Positions 54,634 to 63,385 of a DNA stretch of 64,000 nt are shown here, in pieces. How positions within the stretch are numbered: the stretch's first letter is position 1; every line of letters begins with the position of its first letter. Origin of the DNA: a virus; IMG/VR virus record IMGVR_UViG_3300013102_000007, positions 14,454 through 78,453 of that record; one strand, given 5' to 3'. The notes below the pieces were generated by a model. It did not search any database. It was given only the letters and a program-made list of their open reading frames with translations, and was not told where the DNA came from. The position numbers and the translations under genes were made by a program.

Positions 54634-55610
54634 AAGAACTTAAAGCCTCTACCAATATAGTAGAGGTTATTTCTAAATTCACTACACTTAAAAGAAAGGG
54701 CAAGCTCTACGAGGGTCTTTGTCCTTTTCATTCGGATAGCAGTATAGGTAGCTTTAAAGTTGATGGAAATAAAGGAACTTACCGCTGTTACGCGTGTGGT
54801 GCCAGTGGTGATGTTATTAGTTTTATAACTGGTATGGGTAATACTTTTAAAAAAGCAGTTGATATGCTTAAAGGTAAAGAGGCCATTGCCGGAGAGTTTA
54901 TAGAACAAAATACAGTTGAAAGAATAGCTTTAGCAGAGTTCTCGTACATAAAGCCCTTAACAGAAATTGATCCTAAGAACTTTATACACGGTAAATTTGG
55001 CAAACCAGCTTATACGTACACCTATTTTGATAAAGATAACAGTCTTGCTGGATATGTATTAAGATACGAACAAAATAGTGAGAAATTTATATTTCCGTAT
55101 AATTATGGAATTTGTGTTAAAGCTGGTTGGCAATATGAGTACAACAACCAAGGCTCTGGTGCCTATTACGAAATTGGTGACATTGTTCATAAGTATTTAG
55201 GATTTGGTGATAACAAACCTATTTATGGTGTAGAGAAATTAAAATTATTTCCTAAAGCAAATGTAGTTATTTGTGAAGGAGAAAAAGGTGTTGATTATTT
55301 GCAATCATTATTTGATCCTAAACAAGTTTCATTTATAACTTTTCAAGGTGGTACTAATAATGTTGATAAGTGTGATTGGAGTGTGCTAGAAGGTCGTAGA
55401 TGCTTTTTACTAGAGGATAATGATTTAGCTAGTCAAAAAGCTTTCTCTTGGTTAGCTAATCATATAATAAATACAGCTTCAGAAATTAATCGTGTATCTC
55501 TTAATGATCCTTTTAGTGAACCAAAAGGTTGGGATATTGTTGATAGAAAAGTTAACGCAAATGAGTTTGTCAGTTATTTGCAAGAAAACAAAAAAGAATT
55601 TTATTTATAA
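54615..55610 (+). CDS. DnaG-type DNA primase (CHC2 zinc finger plus TOPRIM)
   Basis: CPFHSDSSIGSFKV.....YRCYACGASGDVISF is a CHC2 finger. VVICEGEKGVD and LLEDNDLASQKA are TOPRIM acidic motifs. Confidence 0.85.
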   Translation: MSDNELKELKASTNIVEVISKFTTLKRKGKLYEGLCPFHSDSSIGSFKVDGNKGTYRCYACGASGDVISFITGMGNTFKKAVDMLKGKEAIAGEFIEQNTVERIALAEFSYIKPLTEIDPKNFIHGKFGKPAYTYTYFDKDNSLAGYVLRYEQNSEKFIFPYNYGICVKAGWQYEYNNQGSGAYYEIGDIVHKYLGFGDNKPIYGVEKLKLFPKANVVICEGEKGVDYLQSLFDPKQVSFITFQGGTNNVDKCDWSVLEGRRCFLLEDNDLASQKAFSWLANHIINTASEINRVSLNDPFSEPKGWDIVDRKVNANEFVSYLQENKKEFYL

Positions 55611-55633
55611 ATTAATAAACATACTTTAGTGAT

Positions 55634-55882
55634 ATGAAAACAATTAGAAATTATTTAAAAGAAATCAGTTTAGCTGTTAGTGGAGCTGATTATTTAACAA
55701 CTAAAGTTCTTAATGAATGTGAAGTTGCTGCAAAAAATGGTGCGAAATCCCACACCACATCTATGAATTCGTGTTATGCTCAGGGAGTGGTTGATTATTT
55801 AGTGTCAGTTGCTAAATTAGATGTGTATGTAAGTGAGCTAGGTTGTCAATCAATTTTACAAATCTCTTGGGGCGATGAATAA
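55634..55882 (+). CDS. hypothetical protein
   Basis: 82-aa ORF. Confidence 0.5.
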   Translation: MKTIRNYLKEISLAVSGADYLTTKVLNECEVAAKNGAKSHTTSMNSCYAQGVVDYLVSVAKLDVYVSELGCQSILQISWGDE

Positions 55883-56354
55883 GACTAAAGAAGAATACTT
55901 CGAATACGCGGATAAGTATGTAATGAGTGATTACGGCAATAAGCCAATATTTATTGTTTTTACAAATAACTTAAAAAATTGCGTAAAATCTATATTGGAA
56001 AGGTATAAAATTTCTAAGTATAAAACTTACAAAGTTTCAAGAACAACTCTTGCAGTTTGTGAAGACATACAAGAAAAAGAGTTTACTGGTATAGTTTTAA
56101 TTTTTAACATTAATGATATACCTAACGGTGTAATTGTACATGAAGTATTTCACGGTGTATATCATGCACTAGATTACTTGGGCATGAAATTAAAACCTTC
56201 TTCTGAAGAATCATACGCCTACTTAAATGAAGCCGTGTATAATAAATGTATAAGCACTAAAACATTAGCTAAGTTGTCTTATAAAAATTTTAAACAAGAG
56301 TTAAAGGATGAGTCAAATAGAAAAATTCAAGAATCTAGTACCAAAGTTTGCTGA
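55875..56354 (+). CDS. HExxH-motif protein (possible zinc metallopeptidase)
   Basis: 159 aa with VIVHEVFHGVYHALDYLG. Confidence 0.5.
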   Translation: MNKTKEEYFEYADKYVMSDYGNKPIFIVFTNNLKNCVKSILERYKISKYKTYKVSRTTLAVCEDIQEKEFTGIVLIFNINDIPNGVIVHEVFHGVYHALDYLGMKLKPSSEESYAYLNEAVYNKCISTKTLAKLSYKNFKQELKDESNRKIQESSTKVC

Positions 56355-56574
56355 TGAAGAAGACGGCTATGAATCACTTTGTGAGTTTTTAAATGAGCAT
56401 GAAGTAAAACAAATGATTAGAGATCATTTTGATGATTCAGAGGTTATTGATAGCGATGTGTCTGGTAATCCAGAACTAGAAACATGGAGAACAGTAGATG
56501 GTCGTACTTATTTAAAGTACAGATATAACACACTATTTGGGATTGATTATAAAAAAGCATATAACGATATATAA
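56308..56574 (+). CDS. hypothetical acidic protein
   Basis: 88-aa ORF. Overlaps the previous gene by 47 nt, so the start is uncertain. Confidence 0.45.
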   Translation: MSQIEKFKNLVPKFADEEDGYESLCEFLNEHEVKQMIRDHFDDSEVIDSDVSGNPELETWRTVDGRTYLKYRYNTLFGIDYKKAYNDI

Positions 56575-56576
56575 AA

Positions 56577-57749
56577 ATGGAAATACCTACAACATTTAAA
56601 GGACTTTTACCAATAATACTAGCTATTGGTGGTATAGGTGGATTAATCGGCTTCGTAAGAAGTGCACCTTCAACAATATGGAGACATATTAAACATAAAT
56701 TTATGAATAAAATTACCATTTATCAGACTGATGAAGTTTATTCAGTGTTCAATACTTGGTTTTATAAAAACTATAGTCATAAATTTACTGATATTCAATT
56801 AACTCGTCAATCCTACGATTTACCGGAAACCGATCCAAACAATAAAAATTTGCAATTCAGTCAAAGACTTGGGTACTTTTTTGTTAAATGGAATGGATCA
56901 AGATTTATAGTAGTTAAAGATAGAATTGAAAGAAAAGAGTCTCGATCTGAATATCCATACACTGATTATTATGAAATAATAGGATTTAAAAAATCAAAAA
57001 CAATTGAGTTTATTTCTAGCTTACATGAAGAAAACATCAATGAAAAAAGTCAAATTAAATGCTATACTAATACTGATTATGGTGAATGGAATTTTTACCA
57101 AAAATTAGAACATAAAAGCTTAAGTTCTATAATATTGCCAGAAGGTATAAAAGAAGGTATTATAGATGATATGGAAGAGTTCTTAAAAAGTAAAGACTGG
57201 TATTTAGAGAGAAGCATACCTTACTCAAGGGGTTATTTATTACATGGTGATGCCGGAAATGGAAAAACATCCACTATTATTTCTACAGCTCAACACTTTA
57301 ATAAAAATCTTTACATGCTTGATTTGAATAGTCTTAAAGGAGACTCAGAACTTAAGTATGCTTTTAAAAACATTGAACCAAATACAATTGTCTCTTTAGA
57401 GGATGTTGATAAAGCCTTTAACCAACGTAAAGAAGGTGTTGAAGGAATTAGCTTCTCGTGTCTATTAAACTGTTTAGATGGAGCTTTTCAAAAATCAGGT
57501 GTTATAATTTTTATGACAACTAATCATATTGAAAACTTAGATTCCGCATTAATACGCGATGGTAGAGTTGATGTTAAATTAGAGATTAAAAATCCAACTC
57601 AAGAACTAGTACAAAAATACGTTTCTAGGTTTTATGGTAAACCTGTTAAATTAGGTAACTACGATAAAGGATTATGTATGGCAGCTGTACAAGGTGTTTG
57701 TTTAAAAAACAAGTTTGATTTAGAAAAAACATTATTAGAATTAACATAA
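56577..57749 (+). CDS. Bcs1-like AAA+ ATPase with N-terminal membrane anchor
   Basis: N-terminal TM LLPIILAIGGIGGLIGFV and a BCS1_N-like region. Walker A GDAGNGKTS, Walker B IVSLEDVD, and second region of homology TTNHIENLDSALIRDGRVD. Confidence 0.8.
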   Translation: MEIPTTFKGLLPIILAIGGIGGLIGFVRSAPSTIWRHIKHKFMNKITIYQTDEVYSVFNTWFYKNYSHKFTDIQLTRQSYDLPETDPNNKNLQFSQRLGYFFVKWNGSRFIVVKDRIERKESRSEYPYTDYYEIIGFKKSKTIEFISSLHEENINEKSQIKCYTNTDYGEWNFYQKLEHKSLSSIILPEGIKEGIIDDMEEFLKSKDWYLERSIPYSRGYLLHGDAGNGKTSTIISTAQHFNKNLYMLDLNSLKGDSELKYAFKNIEPNTIVSLEDVDKAFNQRKEGVEGISFSCLLNCLDGAFQKSGVIIFMTTNHIENLDSALIRDGRVDVKLEIKNPTQELVQKYVSRFYGKPVKLGNYDKGLCMAAVQGVCLKNKFDLEKTLLELT

Positions 57750-58246
57750 TGAGTACACTTTGTTTTACAGGGCACCGCCCTGATAAATTAAATGGTTACG
57801 ATCCTAAAAATAATAAGAACCTACTTTGGGCTTTAAGGGAAGAGGTAGTAGGTTACATAGAAGATTTTAAAGTTAATACTTTTATTAGTGGAATGGCTTT
57901 GGGGATAGATATGTGGTCAGCTAGAATAGTTTTAAAGCTTAAAGAAATTTACCCACACATTAATCTTGTTTGTGCAGTTCCCTGTTTAAATCATACTAGT
58001 AAATGGCCAGAACAAAGTCGAAAAGAATGGCAATATATAGTAGATAGGTGTGATAAATTTATAGTAATAACTGAAGAACTATATCATCCTTATTTAATGC
58101 AGGTTCGTAATGAATGGATGGTTAATAATAGTGATTATGTTTTAGCGGTTCATGATGGTAGTGAAGGTGGTACAGGCAATTGCGTAGATTATGCTAATAA
58201 AAAGAAAAAAAATGTTTTAGTTTTAAACCCTAATGATTATAAATAA
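57749..58246 (+). CDS. SLOG-fold DUF1273 (YpsA-like) protein
   Basis: CFTGHRPDKL, ISGMALGIDMW, RN.WMV..SD.VLAVHDGSEGGTGNCV.YA. Confidence 0.75.
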   Translation: MSTLCFTGHRPDKLNGYDPKNNKNLLWALREEVVGYIEDFKVNTFISGMALGIDMWSARIVLKLKEIYPHINLVCAVPCLNHTSKWPEQSRKEWQYIVDRCDKFIVITEELYHPYLMQVRNEWMVNNSDYVLAVHDGSEGGTGNCVDYANKKKKNVLVLNPNDYK

Positions 58247-58247
58247 A

Positions 58248-58376
58248 ATGGAAGACGATAAAGTAATTGAATGCACTGAATGTGGCTTAGAGTTCATTTG
58301 GTGTGAGAGAATAGGCAAACATGAAGATGAATGCTTTTGTCCAACTTGTCAACACGATTGTTTGGAGGACTTGTAG
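58248..58376 (+). CDS. 42-aa zinc-ribbon mini-protein
   Basis: Found by hand translation: MEDDKVIECTECGLEFIWCERIGKHEDECFCPTCQHDCLEDL, with two CxxC pairs. Begins 2 nt after the previous stop. Confidence 0.45.
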   Translation: MEDDKVIECTECGLEFIWCERIGKHEDECFCPTCQHDCLEDL

Positions 58377-58654
58377 TGAAAGGGCATGTGATCTATAAAA
58401 TATATTGGTCGGGCAAAGCTTTTTACTATGGTAAGACAAAAGGATATAGGAAGCGACATAATCGACACTTGCGTGAAATGAAAGACGGCACCCATCATAA
58501 TAAAAATTTGGTGGAGTGCTATCGCAAATGGGGAGAACCTAAATTTAAAATAGTGGCTTATGCTGAAAGTGATGAAGAGCTGTCTGTAAAAGAAAGAGAA
58601 TTTCTTAACTTTTATAAGGATCACAAAAAATGTTTAAACGTTCAACTTTGGTAA
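58331..58654 (+). CDS. stand-alone GIY-YIG nuclease domain protein
   Basis: VIYKIY..GK.FYYGKT......R...H and N..L...Y..WG..F form a GIY-YIG core. The start is probably GTG 58376, which overlaps the mini-ORF stop. No DNA-binding extension. Confidence 0.65.
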   Translation: MLLSNLSTRLFGGLVVKGHVIYKIYWSGKAFYYGKTKGYRKRHNRHLREMKDGTHHNKNLVECYRKWGEPKFKIVAYAESDEELSVKEREFLNFYKDHKKCLNVQLW

Positions 58655-58956
58655 ATATGAATAATATAGAAAGATATAGTAAAGTTCACGATGTGAGTTT
58701 TCAAGCCGCAGCTATTGGTGCTGCTGATAAAGAGAGTTTTTTAATTGGAGCGGAATACGTTTTAGATAATTTGTTACCAAGATTTAAACAAGTGTCTGAT
58801 GAGTATCCAGAACCTAATACCAGGTTTGTATATGTAACTAAAAATAAAAGAGTCGGAATAATGTCAAATTCAACATTAAGTGATTGGCATATAGATAAAT
58901 ATTCTATAACTCATTGGATGTATGTAGAAGATTTGTTATCTTTACTACCACAATAA
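58630..58956 (+). CDS. hypothetical protein
   Basis: 108-aa ORF. The likely start is 58657 (MNNIERY), just after the GIY-YIG stop. C-terminal ITHWMYVEDL resembles DUF551. Confidence 0.55.
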   Translation: MFKRSTLVNMNNIERYSKVHDVSFQAAAIGAADKESFLIGAEYVLDNLLPRFKQVSDEYPEPNTRFVYVTKNKRVGIMSNSTLSDWHIDKYSITHWMYVEDLLSLLPQ

Positions 58957-58963
58957 AATAGTT

Positions 58964-59284
58964 ATGCACATTACATCATTTATAATTTTTCAACCTGATG
59001 ACTTAGAAAAAGTCATTAATGGTACGAAAACAACGACCTGTAGAACACATCCTGTACGTGATGGAATTCATAACGTAAGTGCAGGAGTTACAATAGATGT
59101 TAAATGTTTTTATTACAAAAAATTCAAAGATATGAAAAACTCTGAAGCTTGGGCAATAGCTGAAGGATTTAAAAGTATTGCTGATATGAAAGCTAAAACA
59201 CAATACAAGTATGTAAAAGAATTTATAGCTGGTAAAAAAGAACTGTACATCTACACATTCAAACTAATTAAAGATGGAAAATAA
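58964..59284 (+). CDS. ASCH-like (PUA-fold) protein
   Basis: I.NGTKTTTCR and AIAEGFKS..DM, with a C-terminal beta strand YIYTFKL. Confidence 0.5.
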   Translation: MHITSFIIFQPDDLEKVINGTKTTTCRTHPVRDGIHNVSAGVTIDVKCFYYKKFKDMKNSEAWAIAEGFKSIADMKAKTQYKYVKEFIAGKKELYIYTFKLIKDGK

Positions 59285-59540
59285 TTCACAATGGATTCCG
59301 GTAGAAAAGCTTCTACCAACTCTTAATACAGATGTACTTATCTTATACAACCATAAGCCAAAAACTAGTTGGCGAGGTAAGTCTGGTACATTTATGACTC
59401 AAGGCAAATTAGCTACGTCTTGGGGCAGTACGACAAAGCTAGAATGGGAAGATTATTTAGGTAGAGCTATTGAGTCTCTATCTGCTAAAGCTTCAAACAA
59501 TAAAGTTACACACTGGCAACCATTGCTGGTTAAACCATAA
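59274..59540 (+). CDS. DUF551-like protein
   Basis: W.PVEKLLP...DVL.... followed by VTHWQPL..P. Confidence 0.6.
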   Translation: MENNSQWIPVEKLLPTLNTDVLILYNHKPKTSWRGKSGTFMTQGKLATSWGSTTKLEWEDYLGRAIESLSAKASNNKVTHWQPLLVKP

Positions 59541-59544
59541 AATT

Positions 59545-59709
59545 ATGTATTTTAGGAACGATGATGGTTTTTGTCCTTGCTGCGGTATAGGATTAAACAA
59601 CGCTGAAATTAATTTATGTTTTTGTCAAAATTGTAAATACAATTGGAGAGATTTAGATGATGATGAAGACGAGTACGATAGTCAGTATTATGACGAAGAA
59701 GAAGATTAA
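59545..59709 (+). CDS. zinc-ribbon mini-protein with poly-acidic tail
   Basis: The internal Met of ORF 59470..59709 starts right after the previous stop. CPCC...CFCQNC followed by DLDDDEDEYDSQYYDEEED. Confidence 0.55.
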   Translation: MYFRNDDGFCPCCGIGLNNAEINLCFCQNCKYNWRDLDDDEDEYDSQYYDEEED

Positions 59710-59714
59710 AAATT

Positions 59715-60083
59715 ATGTCAAGAACACTCTATTCAAAAACAGCTGGCAAGAAAAAGACTTTCTTAGAAGCTAATCACACATTCTTTAAAATGGTCTCTGA
59801 AGTCCACCCTTATAAAGTTGGTGACATTATAACACGTTCTATGTGGCACCATAATTTTGTTGTAAACACGGTGGCAAGTAAAACAGTTAAATACAACGTA
59901 ACTTGGCATATAGCCAAAAAATTAGGAATTAAAGTACCTTATGAATACTACAGTCAAATAGAAAAAATAGTGAGGGAAAACATGGTACCATTGGAAAGAT
60001 GGGAGTTGGTAAAAATTTATCCACACCTTTCTAAAAGAATTAAAACTAAAGCTGATAAAATGCTTAAAGAATACGAAAAATAA
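59715..60083 (+). CDS. hypothetical protein
   Basis: 122-aa ORF. Confidence 0.55.
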   Translation: MSRTLYSKTAGKKKTFLEANHTFFKMVSEVHPYKVGDIITRSMWHHNFVVNTVASKTVKYNVTWHIAKKLGIKVPYEYYSQIEKIVRENMVPLERWELVKIYPHLSKRIKTKADKMLKEYEK

Positions 60084-60089
60084 ATAATC

Positions 60090-60353
60090 ATGAAAAAAGA
60101 GGATTTAGATAATTACGATAAAGGTAAAAAACTTTTAAATTTAATTGCAACAGCTAAAGCACAAAAAGGAAATTTGTGCATGATTGATATAATTCAATTA
60201 AAAAGTTCAGCTTCTAGTGGTTCTAAAGTTATGTATGATATACCTTTGCAAGGTCATTTTTTAAGTGAAATAGCTTCGAAATTAATTGTCGGAATGGGTA
60301 TTGAACTAGATAAAAGAATTAAAAATTTAGAAGAAGAATTCGAAGAATTATAA
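60090..60353 (+). CDS. hypothetical protein
   Basis: 87-aa ORF. Confidence 0.5.
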   Translation: MKKEDLDNYDKGKKLLNLIATAKAQKGNLCMIDIIQLKSSASSGSKVMYDIPLQGHFLSEIASKLIVGMGIELDKRIKNLEEEFEEL

Positions 60354-60364
60354 AATAAACAACA

Positions 60365-60517
60365 ATGAATAATAAATATAAAGTTAAAATTAAATCTCCT
60401 TTATTGAGGGCAGGTTTAGAAATAGAAACTGAGTGTTCTGAAAAATATCTAGTTGATGTAGTTAAAAAATTACTGGATAAAGTAAGAGAAATTAACACTG
60501 AAGACATTGTAAAATAA
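60365..60517 (+). CDS. hypothetical 50-aa protein
   Basis: Found by hand translation: MNNKYKVKIKSPLLRAGLEIETECSEKYLVDVVKKLLDKVREINTEDIVK. It fills the gap and ends 1 nt before the next ATG. Confidence 0.4.
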   Translation: MNNKYKVKIKSPLLRAGLEIETECSEKYLVDVVKKLLDKVREINTEDIVK

Positions 60518-60518
60518 T

Positions 60519-61178
60519 ATGGAAAATCAAATAATTTACATTAAAACTCACAGAGGTGACAGAACCAATATTATGGCGGGTTTTCAACTGTGGAATAAAG
60601 AGTCTTTTATAAAAAATGTATTAGAAACTAAAAAGGGTTATAGAGATTCTTATAGATATGGTTCTGTTGGTGGTTTTGTAAAAAATATCAAAGAAATGCC
60701 TTTAAGTTTATTTGATACAGAATTTGGTTATACTAACCATCCTTTTACTGAAGAACAAATAACAGAGATATTTAGTAAAGAAATTTCAATGCAGTATGGC
60801 CTACATAAAAAACGTTCTGAAATAAAGGCTATGTCTAAAAAAGATTTAGTAATTGGCAAAGTTTATAAAGTGGCCAGTAATGGGGATAAAAATTTATATT
60901 TAGGTAAAGTAAAGAGAACAACAACTAAACCGTCTCAACAGTCTTGGAAACCGGATGAAGTGGTTAGTGTTGAAGAAGGTTATGGTTTTTTATACATTTC
61001 ACCCTATGGAGGTAACATAACAGTAGAAGCTTACAATGTTAGTATATTAAAAAACGTTAAAAAATTTGAATGTTTTTATAGTGACGGTATTGAACTTTTA
61101 CCAGAATATTGTTATACTAATCGGGGTTATTATTATAATTCAAATACAAATACTAAACTAGAAATATTAGACTTATAG
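60519..61178 (+). CDS. hypothetical protein
   Basis: 219-aa ORF. Confidence 0.6.
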   Translation: MENQIIYIKTHRGDRTNIMAGFQLWNKESFIKNVLETKKGYRDSYRYGSVGGFVKNIKEMPLSLFDTEFGYTNHPFTEEQITEIFSKEISMQYGLHKKRSEIKAMSKKDLVIGKVYKVASNGDKNLYLGKVKRTTTKPSQQSWKPDEVVSVEEGYGFLYISPYGGNITVEAYNVSILKNVKKFECFYSDGIELLPEYCYTNRGYYYNSNTNTKLEILDL

Positions 61179-61179
61179 T

Positions 61180-61431
61180 ATGGAAAATTTTAAAGAAATT
61201 GCTAGAGAAATAGCAATGAAAATGGCCTCTTTAGGAGTTAGTGCTAAACAAATACTTATTGAAGTACCTAATCAATTTGTTATGTCTCAAGTAAATGAAG
61301 AGTTAAAGCAAGAGTTTGGAAGTGGTACAGTATATACATTAAAAAATGAATTCACAACTATGAATAGCCTATCGGTAGAAATTTACGGTATATTATTCAA
61401 ATTTATTGAAAAAGAAAAACATGGAAAATAA
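61180..61431 (+). CDS. hypothetical protein
   Basis: 83-aa ORF. Confidence 0.5.
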   Translation: MENFKEIAREIAMKMASLGVSAKQILIEVPNQFVMSQVNEELKQEFGSGTVYTLKNEFTTMNSLSVEIYGILFKFIEKEKHGK

Positions 61432-61546
61432 TGGATGTTTGAGTGTTTTGTGGGTTATGCTTATATTGGTTATGTTATTAAACACATGCAATAGAGTTGA
61501 TTCACTAGAAAGAAAAATTGATAGATTAGAGGATAAAATAAGATAA
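61421..61546 (+). CDS. possible 41-aa membrane/lipoprotein-like mini-protein
   Basis: Found by hand translation: MENNGCLSVLWVMLILVMLLNTCNRVDSLERKIDRLEDKIR. A hydrophobic helix is followed by a Cys and a short coiled coil. It fills the gap to 61549. Confidence 0.35.
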   Translation: MENNGCLSVLWVMLILVMLLNTCNRVDSLERKIDRLEDKIR

Positions 61547-61548
61547 AC

Positions 61549-61752
61549 ATGAAGTGGATCAGTGTAAATTGGGCACTACCTTTAAATAGAGATAGTGTTC
61601 TTGGGTGTGGTAAAAGAGAATTTAGTCATGATGACAATGTTTTTAAGTGTTATTTTGACAATGGTAAATGGTTTGTGCCGGAAGGTGGTGATGAAGAATC
61701 TATACTCGTAGAGTACTGGATGCCTTTACCTAAACCTTGTATAACTTGGTAA
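61549..61752 (+). CDS. DUF551-like protein
   Basis: MKWISVNWALP...VEYWMPLPKP. Confidence 0.6.
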   Translation: MKWISVNWALPLNRDSVLGCGKREFSHDDNVFKCYFDNGKWFVPEGGDEESILVEYWMPLPKPCITW

Positions 61753-61756
61753 TGAT

Positions 61757-62020
61757 ATGAAATTTTTAAAAATAAAGGTATTTAGTTATTCCCTTAACTA
61801 TAAAAGGTCTTTCTACAATATACAAGAAAGAGAGGTGATTATAAATACAAAGCAAATTGTAGTTCTAGGTGAACTAATGAATGATATAAAATCATTAGAT
61901 TATTATGGTAATGGCTTAACTGAGTTTAATTACGGGACATTGGAAATGACAAATAAAAAATCTTTTAACTTACTTGAAGAAGAGTACATCAGGGTTAAGA
62001 ACTATTTAGAAAAATTATAG
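61757..62020 (+). CDS. hypothetical protein
   Basis: 87-aa ORF. Confidence 0.5.
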   Translation: MKFLKIKVFSYSLNYKRSFYNIQEREVIINTKQIVVLGELMNDIKSLDYYGNGLTEFNYGTLEMTNKKSFNLLEEEYIRVKNYLEKL

Positions 62021-62022
62021 AT

Positions 62023-62205
62023 ATGAAAAATGATCTAGAACCAGAAATACTAAAAGCCTTAGATATTTTAGTCTCTAAAGATATTGTATTAATACAAAGT
62101 TTTATAAATAAATTACCAAAAAGTAGAAGAAGATTAGGTAAGAAATATGTTTTAAGAACACTTAACGAAAAGCTTACTCCTGAATTACCAAATTATGATG
62201 ATTGA
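62023..62205 (+). CDS. hypothetical protein
   Basis: 60-aa ORF. Confidence 0.45.
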   Translation: MKNDLEPEILKALDILVSKDIVLIQSFINKLPKSRRRLGKKYVLRTLNEKLTPELPNYDD

Positions 62206-62530
62206 TATGGAAAAAATAAAATTACTATCTGTAAAAGGATTTGTCAAGCCGGATGTTAAATATAAAATAACTAAAGCTGGCAAGAGGATTTTAAAAAGTG
62301 ATCCTAATATATTTTTTGATTTGAATGTAGAATTAAAAAATGAATTTAGTAATCCACCTCGAATAGGTGAAGTTTGGATAATTGATAATATAAATATGTT
62401 TTGTTGGTATATAGATGATATGTCAGTTAAATTTAGAAATGTTGAAAGTAGTTCAGATATTGTACACTTTAATTTTGATGAGCATACTTGTGTTACTTGC
62501 ATTTACAAACCTATAGGAGAAGGATTATGA
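62195..62530 (+). CDS. hypothetical protein
   Basis: 111-aa ORF. Confidence 0.55.
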   Translation: MMIDMEKIKLLSVKGFVKPDVKYKITKAGKRILKSDPNIFFDLNVELKNEFSNPPRIGEVWIIDNINMFCWYIDDMSVKFRNVESSSDIVHFNFDEHTCVTCIYKPIGEGL

Positions 62531-62715
62531 AAATTAAACTACCGAAACAAGAAGAATGTAATGATTATGATGATTACGACACTTGTGAGTATTGTTATGG
62601 CAAGGGTTATGACCCGATGAATCCTCATGCGACTGGCGGTCAGTGGGGTCAAAATAGTGTTAACTTTCAAAATCCTTGCCCTGTATGTAACGGATCAGGT
62701 ATTAAAGACAAATAA
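62527..62715 (+). CDS. DnaJ-type CxxCxGxG zinc-finger mini-protein
   Basis: The Met at 62527 gives ATGA coupling. CEYCYGKG and CPVCNGSG repeats. Confidence 0.55.
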   Translation: MKIKLPKQEECNDYDDYDTCEYCYGKGYDPMNPHATGGQWGQNSVNFQNPCPVCNGSGIKDK

Positions 62716-62719
62716 AGAT

Positions 62720-62932
62720 ATGAAAATAGTAACTTACAGTTGGTGGACAGTTGAATGGTATGAGCTTGTTTGGGAAACCGGATTTCTTAAAGCATTTAGA
62801 AAGTGGGATTATAAATCAGATGGATTCTTTGCTAGAGATTGGGAACATGCACAGGAAATATTTAATAAGAAAACAGGTCGTATGAAAGATTACTTTAGTG
62901 GTAGAATTATAAATGAAAAATTTACAAATTAA
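62720..62932 (+). CDS. hypothetical protein
   Basis: Internal Met (MKIVTYSWW) of ORF 62627..62932. The upstream part would overlap the previous gene. Confidence 0.5.
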   Translation: MKIVTYSWWTVEWYELVWETGFLKAFRKWDYKSDGFFARDWEHAQEIFNKKTGRMKDYFSGRIINEKFTN

Positions 62933-62933
62933 T

Positions 62934-63119
62934 ATGGAAACAAAAACATGTAGCTGCTGCGGTTTATCTGAAGAAGTAACAGAACTTTTTCAGTGTGAAA
63001 CTTGTGAGGATATGTATTGTGATAAATGTAGTGCACCAACAACTCAATTCTTTGTTGTAGGTAAGAACATCTGTAAATCTTGCTATGAATTTTATATTTG
63101 GAATAGGGAGGACATATGA
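62934..63119 (+). CDS. zinc-ribbon mini-protein
   Basis: METKTCSCCG...CETCEDMYCDKC...CKSC contains four Cys pairs. Confidence 0.5.
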   Translation: METKTCSCCGLSEEVTELFQCETCEDMYCDKCSAPTTQFFVVGKNICKSCYEFYIWNREDI

Positions 63120-63376
63120 ATTGGATAAATCTACAAGATGTACAGCCTCCACCTAAAACACGAATTAACCTTGCAAGATACGAAAATGGTATACTTATAT
63201 GGGAAACAACAGGTTGGCTGTTAAAAGGGACTACGTATAGTGTTAAATACGTAGATGGTTTAACTATTAGCAATTCACATCCAACACATTGGAAATTAAT
63301 AGCTGAAGATTTTCAAAGAATTAAGTATGTTGAAGGTTATGAAATAATGTGGAAAAAATTTCCGACTGAATTTTAA
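63116..63376 (+). CDS. DUF551-like protein
   Basis: MNWINLQDVQPP...HPTHWKLI. ATGA overlap. Confidence 0.55.
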   Translation: MNWINLQDVQPPPKTRINLARYENGILIWETTGWLLKGTTYSVKYVDGLTISNSHPTHWKLIAEDFQRIKYVEGYEIMWKKFPTEF

Positions 63377-63385
63377 AATATATAT

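Noticed and set aside
54630-55003. Minus-strand ORFs 54630..54908 and 54788..55003
   Set aside because: They lie inside the primase CDS, which carries clear CHC2 and TOPRIM motifs.
62185-63273. Minus-strand ORFs 62185..62502, 62929..63273 and 62964..63152
   Set aside because: They are antisense to a tightly coupled chain of plus-strand genes and have an Ile/Leu/Phe/Ser-rich shadow-frame composition.
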